From the IMG/VR virus record IMGVR_UViG_3300029705_006997: DNA of 64,000 nt. One strand, given 5' to 3'. This document shows positions 10,778 to 20,595 of this stretch, in pieces. The position numbers and the translations under genes were made by a program. The notes under the pieces are model-generated. The model was given only the letters and a program-made list of their open reading frames with translations, did no database searches and had not been told where the DNA came from. Every line of letters begins with the position of its first letter. Positions within the stretch are counted from its first letter, which is position 1. The DNA comes from an uncultured virus (IMG/VR IMGVR_UViG_3300029705_006997) (lineage: Duplodnaviria > Heunggongvirae > Uroviricota > Caudoviricetes).

Positions 10778-10824
10778 CCTCGGCACTTCCTTTCTGTGTA
10801 AGCGTTTGTTTTTATGTTAATTGT

Positions 10825-10854
10825 AAGAAAGAGCCTTGATAAAATCAAGGCTCT
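10825..10854 (-). terminator. Leader terminator upstream of the HipA-like gene
   Basis: AGAGCCTTGAT-TTT-ATCAAGGCTCT followed by TTCTT on the minus strand. Confidence 0.65.
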
Positions 10855-10892
10855 CAATAAGTATGTTTTCTTTTCGTTTGTTATCATCACTT

Positions 10893-10991
10893 GGTCAATT
10901 TTTATTTTACCGACGAGTCAGAACCGTCACTCGTCATCAACGCACGGTCAATTTTTATTTTAACGTTGTGTCAGAACCGTCACACAACATC
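10893..10991 (-). ncRNA. Two tandem 46-nt structured repeats (53-nt period), pseudoknot-like
   Basis: Copies at 10893-10938 and 10946-10991 with identical loop, near-identical linker and compensatory stem changes. Confidence 0.7.
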
Positions 10992-11022
10992 TTCTGCGAT
11001 GATGAGGATTTCCCTCACTTAT

Positions 11023-11051
11023 ATTATATCCGATAAATCGGATATTGTCAA
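11023..11051 (-). promoter_or_regulatory. sigmaA-type promoter for repeat array and HipA-like gene
   Basis: TTGACA 11051-11046, 17 nt, TATAAT 11028-11023. Confidence 0.8.
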
Positions 11052-11241
11052 TAGATTTTGAAATATATTTCTTGTAAAATCAGGAAATGATATTAACCGT
11101 TGACTTTAAAGACAATCCGTCCGTCTGTCAGGACGGAAAGGGGAGAAGAAATCAATAAAAAACATGAACAGTTATTTCTTTGTTTATTATTAAAAGAGAA
11201 TTTTGGGAGAGTTATTAATGGCTATCTGTGAGCTCTTTTTA

Positions 11242-11270
11242 TTGACAGATTGACCGTGTTATGCTATAAT
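11242..11270 (+). promoter_or_regulatory. sigmaA-type promoter of the TA operon
   Basis: TTGACA-17-TATAAT with extended TG. Confidence 0.75.
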
Positions 11271-11315
11271 ATATTATAAGATAACATAATATAATATTGA
11301 GAAAGGGGCGTTTTT

Positions 11316-11810
11316 ATGGAACGAGTAGTGAATATTGCACAGTATATTTTTGATGTTTATAAAAAAGAATCAGGCTGTGTTATTGACGAAATGAAGCTTC
11401 ATAAATTATTATATTTTTCTCAGCGTGAGTGTTTAGCATTGCTCAACAGACCTATGTTTGATGAACCGTTGCAAGGTTGGAAATACGGACCCGTTTGTCC
11501 GGTTATTCGCGGCACATATACTGAACACGGTATTTATGCCGAAACGCAGCCTATATCAGATGAAAGTGCATATATTGTTAATAACATCATGGCTCAATAC
11601 AGTTTTATTGAAGCATGGAAATTGAGCGAATTGACACACAAAGAAACATCATGGCTTAATTCAAGAGTCGGACTTAAAGACGGAGAAAACGGAAATAGAG
11701 AGTTGCTTTTAGATGATATCAGAAAAGATGCCGAGAAAGTAAGACCCTATGATAGCGTATGGGATATGTATTATGATGAATTTGATGATGCGGAAGAGGT
11801 GTCATCATGA
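11316..11810 (+). CDS. Panacea/SocA-like (DUF4065) antitoxin
   Basis: MKLHKLLYFSQ, W.YGPV, LSELTH.E.SW motifs. Confidence 0.85.
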   Translation: MERVVNIAQYIFDVYKKESGCVIDEMKLHKLLYFSQRECLALLNRPMFDEPLQGWKYGPVCPVIRGTYTEHGIYAETQPISDESAYIVNNIMAQYSFIEAWKLSELTHKETSWLNSRVGLKDGENGNRELLLDDIRKDAEKVRPYDSVWDMYYDEFDDAEEVSS

Positions 11811-12175
11811 TAGGAAAAATTTGCTCTATCTCTACCCAGTATTACGATACCAAATTACATCAGATGAAAATAAAATCTCGACCTGCTTTGGTTATAGCAC
11901 AAGCAGATATTGGCGATTACAATGTTCTTCCTGTTTCAAAAGTATCAGATAAAAGCAAAGTTGACGTAATTTATGATATTCCGCTTGACCCAAGCGCATA
12001 TCCCAAGCTTAATCTTTCTGCCTATTCTTATGTTCGAACACATAAGCAAACAGTTGTTAACAGGGGTCAAATGGGCAGGATATATGGCGATATGAAACAC
12101 GATTATCCCAATTTGTATCAGACCGTTGCAGACAAAATTAAAGATTATAATAAACAAATTATCGATAATATGTAA
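11807..12175 (+). CDS. PemK/MazF-like toxin
   Basis: KSRPALVIA, LPVS, SYVRTHK motifs; coupled to the antitoxin. Confidence 0.7.
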   Translation: MIGKICSISTQYYDTKLHQMKIKSRPALVIAQADIGDYNVLPVSKVSDKSKVDVIYDIPLDPSAYPKLNLSAYSYVRTHKQTVVNRGQMGRIYGDMKHDYPNLYQTVADKIKDYNKQIIDNM

Positions 12176-12432
12176 TTTTTGTTGTCGGAAGTTTGTCATT
12201 GGCATCAATCCAAGGTCGGATGCTGACGTCGTTGGCTGTCAGGCAATTTACAAGAAATTCAGTAAAAGTATCGTCATAAGGACGATTTGATGCTGCATTT
12301 TCTATTATTTTGTTACATATGCTAAAAAAATAACCTGTACCGCTGACCACGGACAGGTTATTCTTGTTATTTAGGAGACTGACCCGAATCTATCAGTTTG
12401 AATTATATCCGCCTGTCCGTAAGGACAGGATT

Positions 12433-12981
12433 TTACTTAACACCTGTACTGCCAAAACCGCCGGACCCACGTTCTGTGTCAGAAAGCTCATCAGTAATCA
12501 TTATTTCAGGAAACAAAACAGGTGTCACAATAAGCTGTGCTACACGGTCTTTGTCATAAATCGTCACATAATCGTTTGAATAGTTACGAAGCGGTATCTT
12601 AATTTCACCTCTGTAATCACTGTCAATAACGGCTACGTTATTAGCAAGAACGAGTCCCTGCTTGACAGAAAGACCGGAACGGGGATATAAAAGCAGAGCT
12701 ATATCATCCCTTGATGGTTCTACGGCGAGACCCGTTGATACAAGAATTGTGCAATGAGGTGGAATATCAATATGCTTTCCTTTTTCGTCTATGCATACTG
12801 TTACTGTTTTACGAGCATCTTTTGCCCAGTCAACGGTACTGAATATCATATTATGATTGACGATAGCCATATCTTCACCTGCATTGGGAAGAATTATGTT
12901 CATATCAAGACCTGCCGAGCACGCCGTGCCTCGCGAGGGGATAACAGCATCTGGATTGAGCTTTTTGAATCTGAGTTCCAT
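12433..12981 (-). CDS. dut: dUTPase
   Basis: AGLD, PRSGL, VIDSDYRGE, RVAQL, RGSGGFGSTG motifs. Confidence 0.95.
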   Translation of the reverse strand: MELRFKKLNPDAVIPSRGTACSAGLDMNIILPNAGEDMAIVNHNMIFSTVDWAKDARKTVTVCIDEKGKHIDIPPHCTILVSTGLAVEPSRDDIALLLYPRSGLSVKQGLVLANNVAVIDSDYRGEIKIPLRNYSNDYVTIYDKDRVAQLIVTPVLFPEIMITDELSDTERGSGGFGSTGVK

Positions 12982-12999
12982 AAAATATAATCCTTTCTT

Positions 13000-13293
13000 T
13001 TAGTATTCATCAGGAAACAGAATAGTGGTAACACTTCTGTCCCATTCTGTGATTATATAAATCTGACCGCAGCAGGTATTATAAGTCGCAAAAATTCGAT
13101 TGTTGCCATTTTCAATAGCTTCATCGTTCTGCTTTTTGTCTTCATCGTATTTCATATCTGACCAGTCAGCTTTCAGATACTTGGAAAATGCGTTATCGAC
13201 ATCAGTTTTAAACTGCGGATTTGATTTCATTTTAAGATTGATACCTCTTGTAGCTACAAGACGTCCTATTTCAAATTTTCCTATTTTTTTCAT
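13000..13293 (-). CDS. Small plasmid/phage-type conserved hypothetical protein
   Basis: GRLVATRG ... IITEWDRSVTTILFPDEY; GGAG RBS before ATG 13293. Confidence 0.7.
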   Translation of the reverse strand: MKKIGKFEIGRLVATRGINLKMKSNPQFKTDVDNAFSKYLKADWSDMKYDEDKKQNDEAIENGNNRIFATYNTCCGQIYIITEWDRSVTTILFPDEY

Positions 13294-13363
13294 GATAACA
13301 TCTCCTTGATATGAATAATTTGAAACCATCCCGTCTGTCTGTCAAGACAGATAGGGAGAGAAG

Positions 13364-13595
13364 AAAAAAGCTGTTGCATCAGAACAACAGCTTTTCAATG
13401 ATTATATAACAGCTTTTGCCGGCTGCAGGCCGCGATATCCTTGTAAATATCTGAAATGGTCGGCAAAAATGAGTCCTTGCCGCAGACTACAGTGTTCTGT
13501 CACACTGCGGAACGCTATGATTGATTCATAGCCGCATGGATTGACCTGTTCCATGACAGTACAGCACTTTGTCACCGTTATATATAATCTTTTAT
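13364..13595 (-). ncRNA. Candidate stand-alone structured RNA with own promoter and terminator
   Basis: Promoter 13630-13602, terminal stem 13400-13410 with 13577-13589, several internal hairpins, terminator 13364-13395. Confidence 0.6.
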
Positions 13596-13695
13596 AGATA
13601 TATTATATCTTATTCATCAGGTATTGTCAATACGATTTCATTCTCATTTTTGAAGGAAAAAAATAATCAGCCGCAGCTGCGACTGATGTTTTATA

Positions 13696-13974
13696 TTATT
13701 TTTTAGCTGTATAGGAGTTATATGCTTTCTTGAAATCCATGATAGCTTTATACATAGCTATGATGTCAGGATTATCGCTGATGACTTCTCTGTCGTCAGA
13801 ATGTTCACTGATTTCAGTGTATCTGACAAGCATATTCTTTTCAATTTTGATTTCGGAATATGTGCGTGCGTCAAAGCCAAATTCTTTACAGATAGCTTTG
13901 ATGGCTTCATTAGGTGTGATATTCACTTCAATAGGAAATGGAACAGTCATAGCGTTTACTCTCATGATAATCAC
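13696..13974 (-). CDS. Hypothetical protein
   Basis: 92-aa ORF with RBS and downstream hairpin. Confidence 0.65.
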   Translation of the reverse strand: MIIMRVNAMTVPFPIEVNITPNEAIKAICKEFGFDARTYSEIKIEKNMLVRYTEISEHSDDREVISDNPDIIAMYKAIMDFKKAYNSYTAKK

Positions 13975-14164
13975 TCATCCTTTTTAAGAATAACCCGAAA
14001 GAATGTGAATTCTTTAAAGAAAAGAAACAACCCGTCATCAATGACGGGTTGTATGTTAAAATGTTGAAAGGTATTATAGTACGATATTTTCAAACAGTGT
14101 ACCATTTATATTACGCCCGCCTGTCCGTAAGGACAGGTTTTATATTTGAAATATGCTAATTATA

Positions 14165-14237
14165 CTCAAATATGAGGTGTTTTTACTTTAATCAATATTT
14201 GTGGATGATTGACTTTTTATGATTGTTATGATATAAT
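14165..14237 (+). promoter_or_regulatory. sigmaA-type promoter with CTCAAATATGAG box
   Basis: TTGACT 14209-14214, 17 nt, TATAAT 14232-14237; box 14165-14176. Confidence 0.7.
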
Positions 14238-14279
14238 TAATACATATGATATTGACTATTTCAATGAAATAGGAAAGGA

Positions 14280-14468
14280 TTGATTGATATGAATGAAATC
14301 CCGGAATACAAACATGATTGTGAAACAAAAGTGACAGTTGATAAAACGGGTAAGGTTGCTTCAGGTATATATGTCGGTCAGCCAAGTGTGATGTGCCGAC
14401 TTCTTGCTGCACAGAATTTGTTTCCAATTGAAACAGCTAATGCTGAAAATGATAAGCAAATGAACTGA
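14280..14468 (+). CDS. Small hypothetical protein
   Basis: GGAAAGGA RBS; likely ATG at 14289. Confidence 0.5.
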   Translation: MIDMNEIPEYKHDCETKVTVDKTGKVASGIYVGQPSVMCRLLAAQNLFPIETANAENDKQMN

Positions 14469-14510
14469 TTTTATGTAATTCAGACAATAAAGAGGACAGG
14501 AGTTTTTGAC

Positions 14511-15197
14511 ATGCAATTAGACAAAGTTATACCTAACGTCGACTTTCCATCAATAAATAATTTTGATATAATTGATAAAGATGAAGAACTGGTGTCTTTA
14601 TCAGAAGCGGGCTTTTTATGTGAATCTCAGTATTATGAGCAAGGCATAGCAGGCTCTTTGAAAGATTGCTATGCAAGACGCAGCGTTGTTGATAAGCTTC
14701 AGGTTGCACAAAGTCTGCTTCCAAAGGGTCTTAAGTTCAAGATATATGATGCTTACAGACCAATCAGTGTTCAGCAAACACTTTGGGATTTTTATCGGAA
14801 TAAAATTCAAAACGATAATCCAAGTCTGTCTGAAACAGAGCTGGACAAGAAAACAAGCTTTTTTGTCAGCAAGCCAAGTTATGATGAAATGCATCCATCA
14901 TTGCATAATACAGGCGGAGCTGTCGATTTGACGTTGGTTACGGACAATGGTTATGCTCTTAATATGGGTACGCTTTTTGATGATTTCACAGAAAGAGCGT
15001 GGACCAATCATTTTGAACAATATACGAAGTGTGAAGAAGTTAAAATAAACCGCAGGGTTTTATATAACGCAATGCTTGAAGCAGGCTTTACCAATTTGCC
15101 ATCAGAATGGTGGCATTATGATTACGGAACAAAGTTCTGGGGTTATTTCACAAAGCAGGATGCTTTGTACAAAGGTATATTGAATAGTCCTTTTTAG
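14511..15197 (+). CDS. D-Ala-D-Ala dipeptidase (peptidase M15D, VanX/DdpX-like)
   Basis: YDAYRP, SLHNTGGAVDLTL, MGT.FD, EWWHY motifs. Confidence 0.9.
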   Translation: MQLDKVIPNVDFPSINNFDIIDKDEELVSLSEAGFLCESQYYEQGIAGSLKDCYARRSVVDKLQVAQSLLPKGLKFKIYDAYRPISVQQTLWDFYRNKIQNDNPSLSETELDKKTSFFVSKPSYDEMHPSLHNTGGAVDLTLVTDNGYALNMGTLFDDFTERAWTNHFEQYTKCEEVKINRRVLYNAMLEAGFTNLPSEWWHYDYGTKFWGYFTKQDALYKGILNSPF

Positions 15198-15227
15198 CAG
15201 AAAATGATAATGGAAAGGAAAATTATC

Positions 15228-15548
15228 ATGGAATGGTATACATATCGTTATGATTGGAATAAAAAGGCGATAGTCAAATATAATATTTTTCAAAGTGCGG
15301 GTTTTTCGGCAGCTGTAGAAAAATTATTGAAAACAAGCAAAAACAAGACTTTGTTTAAAGATTCTCTTAGAAGAGAATTGTCATATTATTTCAGAGGCAA
15401 ATATGAGTATGAAGCAGCTGTTGTTCCGTTGTTTGAAAATAACAGGGATATTGAGCTTCGAATCGATGTTTATGAACAGGTAATGCTCAATTTTGATGTT
15501 TTTGTCGAATATGTTTGGAAAACGGGAAGAAAGGAGTTTAAAAAATGA
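15228..15548 (+). CDS. Hypothetical protein (phage/plasmid type)
   Basis: GAAAGGA RBS before ATG 15228. Confidence 0.65.
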   Translation: MEWYTYRYDWNKKAIVKYNIFQSAGFSAAVEKLLKTSKNKTLFKDSLRRELSYYFRGKYEYEAAVVPLFENNRDIELRIDVYEQVMLNFDVFVEYVWKTGRKEFKK

Positions 15549-15856
15549 GCGGCGGGTATTTTCAATATGAAGACAGACATCTGAAATATCAGATATTTCC
15601 CCATGATAAATTGACAAATGAGCTTGAGGACAGAGAAATATCTGAGCTTGTTTGGGATGTACTGGATTTATTACATGAATTTGATTATTATAAAAAAGGT
15701 GACAGCGATGAAGAAGATTACATCAAAGCCAAAAATGAGTTCAAAAAGAAATGGTTCGAGGATGACAGAAGTATTCGCTGCAAGCGCTATATTGATGATA
15801 TGAAAAAAGAGTTATATGCGACCTTCGGTATAACAGACAAGAAAGCTGCAAAATGA
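15545..15856 (+). CDS. Hypothetical protein (phage type, MSGG start)
   Basis: 103-aa ORF, coupled start. Confidence 0.7.
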   Translation: MSGGYFQYEDRHLKYQIFPHDKLTNELEDREISELVWDVLDLLHEFDYYKKGDSDEEDYIKAKNEFKKKWFEDDRSIRCKRYIDDMKKELYATFGITDKKAAK

Positions 15857-15887
15857 CATATAATAATTAACGAAAGGGTAGACAGAA

Positions 15888-18002
15888 ATGGCATTGTCAC
15901 AAAGTATAGTAGTCAAAAATGAATTTACAATCAAGAGTGACGGAAAAGGCTCCAGAGGAAGCACTCCCGGAGATTATGTAACAAATTATATGGCAAGAGA
16001 TGAAGCCATAGAGACATTAACACCTGTCAAACGTTTGGAACAACAGGATTTCATTGAGCGTTATATGCTCAGAGAAGATGTTGTTGCTATGGCTGATGAC
16101 AGATGGCAGCTTAAGCCTGAATTTCGTCGTATTCAAAAATACGGTGGGGTAGCCTTTGGTTACGGCAGCATATCAATGTCTGATGAGAAATTGAAATTTG
16201 CCAGTAAGGATATTCAAACTCAATTTGATAACGGCAAAACTGTGTTAAAAACAGTTTTATCGTTTGATGAAGCATATCTGAGAGAAAATAAGCTCATACC
16301 TGATGATTTTGTTTGTACAAAAGCAGGTGATTACAGAGGGAAGCTCGACCAGATGAAGCTCAGAATGGGTATCATGCATGGGCTTGATGCGTTAGCGAAA
16401 GACTATGATGATTTGCAATATGTTGGCGTTATTCAGGTTGATACCAAGCATGTTCATTGCCATTTGGCGATGGTGGACAGAGGTGTAGGTACTTTAACTG
16501 CGGACGGTACACAAAAAGGAAAGCTTTCTACAGCACAAAAGGATAAGCTTCGCCGAAGCGTAGACTTGTTTCTTGATGAAAGCAAGAGCGTTCAGTATAT
16601 GAGCAGCAATATTGCAATGGATAAGCGAAACACGTCTATTTTTGTAAAACAGGTTAGTCATCGTACGATGCAGCAAAACGGTACAGCACAGCTGCTGATG
16701 GCTTGTTTGCCTGATGATAAACGTTTGTGGAGAGCGTCAAGTAATAATAAGCAAATGGAAAAAGCCAATGCTTTGGCCAGAAGCTATGTTCAGGAATTGT
16801 TTAATCAGCCTGATTCAGGCTATAACAAAATTCAAAGAAGCATCCATAATTATGCCGAAACAAGACGGGAACGCGAAGGTTTAGATGATGAAGCTTATAA
16901 GGCATTGATTAGAAACGGTGAAAAACGAGTCGAGGACGAGTGTGTCAATGCTGTTTATGGAATGCTGCAGAATATTTCAAGACGAGATAGGAACACACAC
17001 ACTCCTATGCTTGATTTAATGGCTATGCCTGCACAGGATATAGCCAAGGATGCAGATGAGTTCGGGGAGTTTACATATAAGCTTCGCAGCTATAGTACAC
17101 GACTTGATTATCATAAAAAAGAACGTGAAAAAGCGCATGCTATTGTAGAAAGCTATGAGACCGCCAAAAAGGCAGGTCAGATATCCGAAGACTCAAAGCC
17201 TGTATATGATTTCTTCAAATTTGAAGAAGAATATAATGAAAAACTGATGTGTAAGTATCAGCATTTTCTGCATTTTCTTCCGCCGTCTGATAAATATCAG
17301 GATGAACTCGACGAGATTTTGGATTACAGAAAAAAGCTCGGTGATGTTGAGGGTATGTTTTATGATAAAACGATAAAGCGTATGACTGCTAAAAATGCGG
17401 AAGATTATGCTGAAAGGGTTTATGGTCAACGAGGCGGTAAGTATATGACTTTTGAGCCGTCTATCATAGAAACCCGATTGGAACATATGCGTGAGACATT
17501 AGAAAAAAAAGATAAGGATTTTGCATTTAAAATATCGGTTGATGCGTTGTCTATCGATACTTCCGCAGAAACACCTGTGTTTGTGCGTGATATCAAATAT
17601 GATTTTGATGATGTCAAAGCACTCGATATTCATCATCTCGGTTATGATTTTTCACAGAATATGACGGTTAGTCGTAAAAATGCTGACATTTTTATCGAAA
17701 CCGCTCGCAAGAGAGCAGAGCTTGCTCAGGCGGCTCGTGAATACTTGATTAATTCAGGACAGAGAAGCGAGCTTGAAAATATCAATATGCGTGATATAAG
17801 ACTTATGTCCAAGATTGCTGACGGTATGTCTAAAAAACCGGAAATTGAGTCTAAGCGTATGGATGAAAGTCAGGTTCGTAAGGTGAAAACTACAGATTTG
17901 AGCAAGCGTTTTGATATGAGTATTCCTGTGAAACAGAGCTTGCTTGAGATTCAAATGGAAGATGACGAGGAAATCACGATGGGACGTCGTAAATTTCATT
18001 AA
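15888..18002 (+). CDS. Relaxase, MobL-like
   Basis: N-terminal YVTNYMAR, KTVLSFD..YL, VIQVDTKHVHCHLA HUH motif. Confidence 0.8.
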   Translation: MALSQSIVVKNEFTIKSDGKGSRGSTPGDYVTNYMARDEAIETLTPVKRLEQQDFIERYMLREDVVAMADDRWQLKPEFRRIQKYGGVAFGYGSISMSDEKLKFASKDIQTQFDNGKTVLKTVLSFDEAYLRENKLIPDDFVCTKAGDYRGKLDQMKLRMGIMHGLDALAKDYDDLQYVGVIQVDTKHVHCHLAMVDRGVGTLTADGTQKGKLSTAQKDKLRRSVDLFLDESKSVQYMSSNIAMDKRNTSIFVKQVSHRTMQQNGTAQLLMACLPDDKRLWRASSNNKQMEKANALARSYVQELFNQPDSGYNKIQRSIHNYAETRREREGLDDEAYKALIRNGEKRVEDECVNAVYGMLQNISRRDRNTHTPMLDLMAMPAQDIAKDADEFGEFTYKLRSYSTRLDYHKKEREKAHAIVESYETAKKAGQISEDSKPVYDFFKFEEEYNEKLMCKYQHFLHFLPPSDKYQDELDEILDYRKKLGDVEGMFYDKTIKRMTAKNAEDYAERVYGQRGGKYMTFEPSIIETRLEHMRETLEKKDKDFAFKISVDALSIDTSAETPVFVRDIKYDFDDVKALDIHHLGYDFSQNMTVSRKNADIFIETARKRAELAQAAREYLINSGQRSELENINMRDIRLMSKIADGMSKKPEIESKRMDESQVRKVKTTDLSKRFDMSIPVKQSLLEIQMEDDEEITMGRRKFH

Positions 18003-18017
18003 TGAAAGGCTGATTTT

Positions 18018-18824
18018 ATGAAATTATTGAGTAAGCAAGATAAATCATATGATGATAATTCACAGGAGCTTTCTCGTCTTTTAGGGGATTATGATGATAA
18101 ATATATTCTTGCTATTGAGGCAAGCTTATGGTTTCCATATAAAGCTTCAAATGTTACTGTAAATATCAATTTGCGGGATAAAGACAATCAAGAAATATAT
18201 TCATTGGATACTTTTGTAGGAACACCTGTTCCGAACAAAAATATCTTGTTTGCAAGGGCCAGTTTTGGACGAAATAAATCACATAATTTTATTCCTGTAA
18301 TTTTTGATAGTTTTGATGAGCTCTGTAAAGTGTCAAAGGTTGAAGTAATATGGGATGTTCGCAATGATGAGAACAACGAACGTGAATTTGTTGTTTCGGA
18401 ATATGATGTTTCATTTGCTGAATCTGTTTTCAATAAGTGTTATGCTTTGGGTACATATGATATGACATCTTATGACATATGCAATAAAGAAAAACTCAAG
18501 AATAAAGAAATTGAGCTTGATTTGAATGAAAATCCCGATGAATCGGCAAGGAGATTATATTTTGAGCACCCTTTAGGTGCTGAATATGACGATGTTTATC
18601 TCATAACATATCATCAAGAACAGCTTATTACTATTCGTGAGGCACATGCTGATGAAAGCAATTATGTTTTTGATGTTGAGAAAACAGCTGCTTCAAATGC
18701 TGTTACAAATGTTATTCTTCGTTGTCTGGCAGATGATTTTGAAGTCAATAAGGATTATAATATCCCCATTGTGCTCTGTCATACAATGGTTGAATTGGAT
18801 GATGAAAGAGTAATTGCAATGTAA
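18018..18824 (+). CDS. Hypothetical protein
   Basis: 268-aa ORF with RBS. Confidence 0.75.
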   Translation: MKLLSKQDKSYDDNSQELSRLLGDYDDKYILAIEASLWFPYKASNVTVNINLRDKDNQEIYSLDTFVGTPVPNKNILFARASFGRNKSHNFIPVIFDSFDELCKVSKVEVIWDVRNDENNEREFVVSEYDVSFAESVFNKCYALGTYDMTSYDICNKEKLKNKEIELDLNENPDESARRLYFEHPLGAEYDDVYLITYHQEQLITIREAHADESNYVFDVEKTAASNAVTNVILRCLADDFEVNKDYNIPIVLCHTMVELDDERVIAM

Positions 18825-19135
18825 ACTTTTATTAATAATGTGTGAGAATGATAATCCCCGAACAATGTTCGGGGTTATTTTTATGGTGCTTTAAGTTTGC
18901 AATTATTTGCATTAAATCGATACCCATACGAATGTGTCACGATATGTCAAGTCAAAATGACTATTTTATACTCATAAATAAGGCTATTTGGGTAAATATT
19001 AACAAACTTTTAAAAAATGTATTGATTTTGTCTTGACAATGTGTTATACTGAATTCAGTAAATAATAAATAAACAAAGTGTTTATTATTTTTTTACGAAA
19101 AAATAACAAAATTTCAGACAAGGAGAGATGTCATT

Positions 19136-19864
19136 ATGAGTTCACAGGTTCAGGACGCAAATGCTAAAGTTTCAGAGAATGCAAAAGCTGAAGCTGTCAA
19201 AAATGAAAAGCCATACAATAAAGATGGTATGGATGCAAACGGTAAACATGAATTGATAGCCTTTACTGATGGTAAGGTTACGGAAAAAGGCAGAGTGTTG
19301 ATGAATATTCAGCATAATCATGAGATGTATACCAAGGCTGAAATTCAAGAAGGTTACGGGCATTCATCGCCATTTCTCAAAAATATCAATTCAGGCAAAG
19401 TTGATGAAAATGGCAAAGCTATTAAATATCAGAGAATCGATATGACAGAATCTCAATATAAAGCTATTGCTGAGGCGAGTGCGGGCAAATCATATGTTGA
19501 CCCCGAAACAGGCAGGGAAGCTTATATCTTCAAAGCAAAGCTTATGGAGAAATCTGCAAATACAACACAACCCGATGGTACTCATGCTCAGAAAAAGTTC
19601 AAGATGCCTGATACTACAACACTTGAACCATCTGATTGTCCTCGTCTTACTGCAACAAGGGTGAAAAAACAGTATGCTAACAGCCATGCTATGAACGAGT
19701 TATATAAAGCCAATCCGGAATTATATAATCGCAATAATGAAGCTGATAAGGCAGCTGAATCTGATAAAAATGTTGTTAGTAAAAACAGAAGCGTTAAGCT
19801 CGGTGTTGAAGCAGCTAAGGCTGCGCCTGAGGCTGAAGCTCAGAGCACAGGTCTTGAAAAGTAA
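19136..19864 (+). CDS. Hypothetical protein, paralog of the next gene
   Basis: MTESQYKAIAEAS resembles ISKSQYDAIREAA in 19948..20568. Confidence 0.8.
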   Translation: MSSQVQDANAKVSENAKAEAVKNEKPYNKDGMDANGKHELIAFTDGKVTEKGRVLMNIQHNHEMYTKAEIQEGYGHSSPFLKNINSGKVDENGKAIKYQRIDMTESQYKAIAEASAGKSYVDPETGREAYIFKAKLMEKSANTTQPDGTHAQKKFKMPDTTTLEPSDCPRLTATRVKKQYANSHAMNELYKANPELYNRNNEADKAAESDKNVVSKNRSVKLGVEAAKAAPEAEAQSTGLEK

Positions 19865-19947
19865 GCCGTGATTTGAATATATTTTAACTCGGCATATGAA
19901 AATGTGCCGAGTTTTTTATTCACAGACGATATGAAAGGACGGATTTT

Positions 19948-20568
19948 ATGTCACAGAATTCAAATGATGTACGTTTAGACAATATTGAGAAAAAAATTAC
20001 TAATGGTGACAGCTTGGTTGCATTTGATGCTGCTGATAAAAAGAACAGAGATGTCATTGTTAGCGTAATTGCTGACAAAGCCGGAAAAAACAAAGATGGT
20101 TATATTGTAACCATGGAACTCAGACAGGATGGTAAATTTGGTATTGATAATCCTTATGCGGATGCTAATTTGATAAATTATGAGCATAATGGTGAAACAA
20201 AGCATACAACATATATATCAAAGTCTCAGTATGATGCTATCAGAGAAGCTGCCGGAGATAATGCTGTTCAGGATGGTAAGGCAACACGTATGGCTGTTAG
20301 TGGTCATTTGATGAATTGCAAGAGTGCTCAGCGAGGGGATATGGGTATTATGCTCAATCCTAAAACAGTTAAGGCACCAACCGTTTCTTTTGATGAAGAT
20401 GCATTAAAGGACCATCGAAATACTATCAATCAAAACAAAAAAGATGCAGCTGATATAGAAAAATCTGCTGAAAGTAATAAGGAAGCAACTGCATCAAATG
20501 CCGGGGTTGACAAAACAGACCTTGTAAATGAAAAATCTGAAATGAAAATTGAAGATAGACCACCATGA
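19948..20568 (+). CDS. Hypothetical protein, paralog of the previous gene
   Basis: 206-aa ORF with RBS; shared motif. Confidence 0.8.
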   Translation: MSQNSNDVRLDNIEKKITNGDSLVAFDAADKKNRDVIVSVIADKAGKNKDGYIVTMELRQDGKFGIDNPYADANLINYEHNGETKHTTYISKSQYDAIREAAGDNAVQDGKATRMAVSGHLMNCKSAQRGDMGIMLNPKTVKAPTVSFDEDALKDHRNTINQNKKDAADIEKSAESNKEATASNAGVDKTDLVNEKSEMKIEDRPP

Positions 20569-20595
20569 ATTAAAGAAGATGGCACATTTTGCGTT

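Noticed and set aside
10893..10991. CRISPR mini-array
   Set aside because: Only two units, 7-nt gap, variation confined to paired stem positions, and no cas genes in the window
14511..15197. Vancomycin resistance cluster
   Set aside because: No ligase, dehydrogenase or regulator genes nearby
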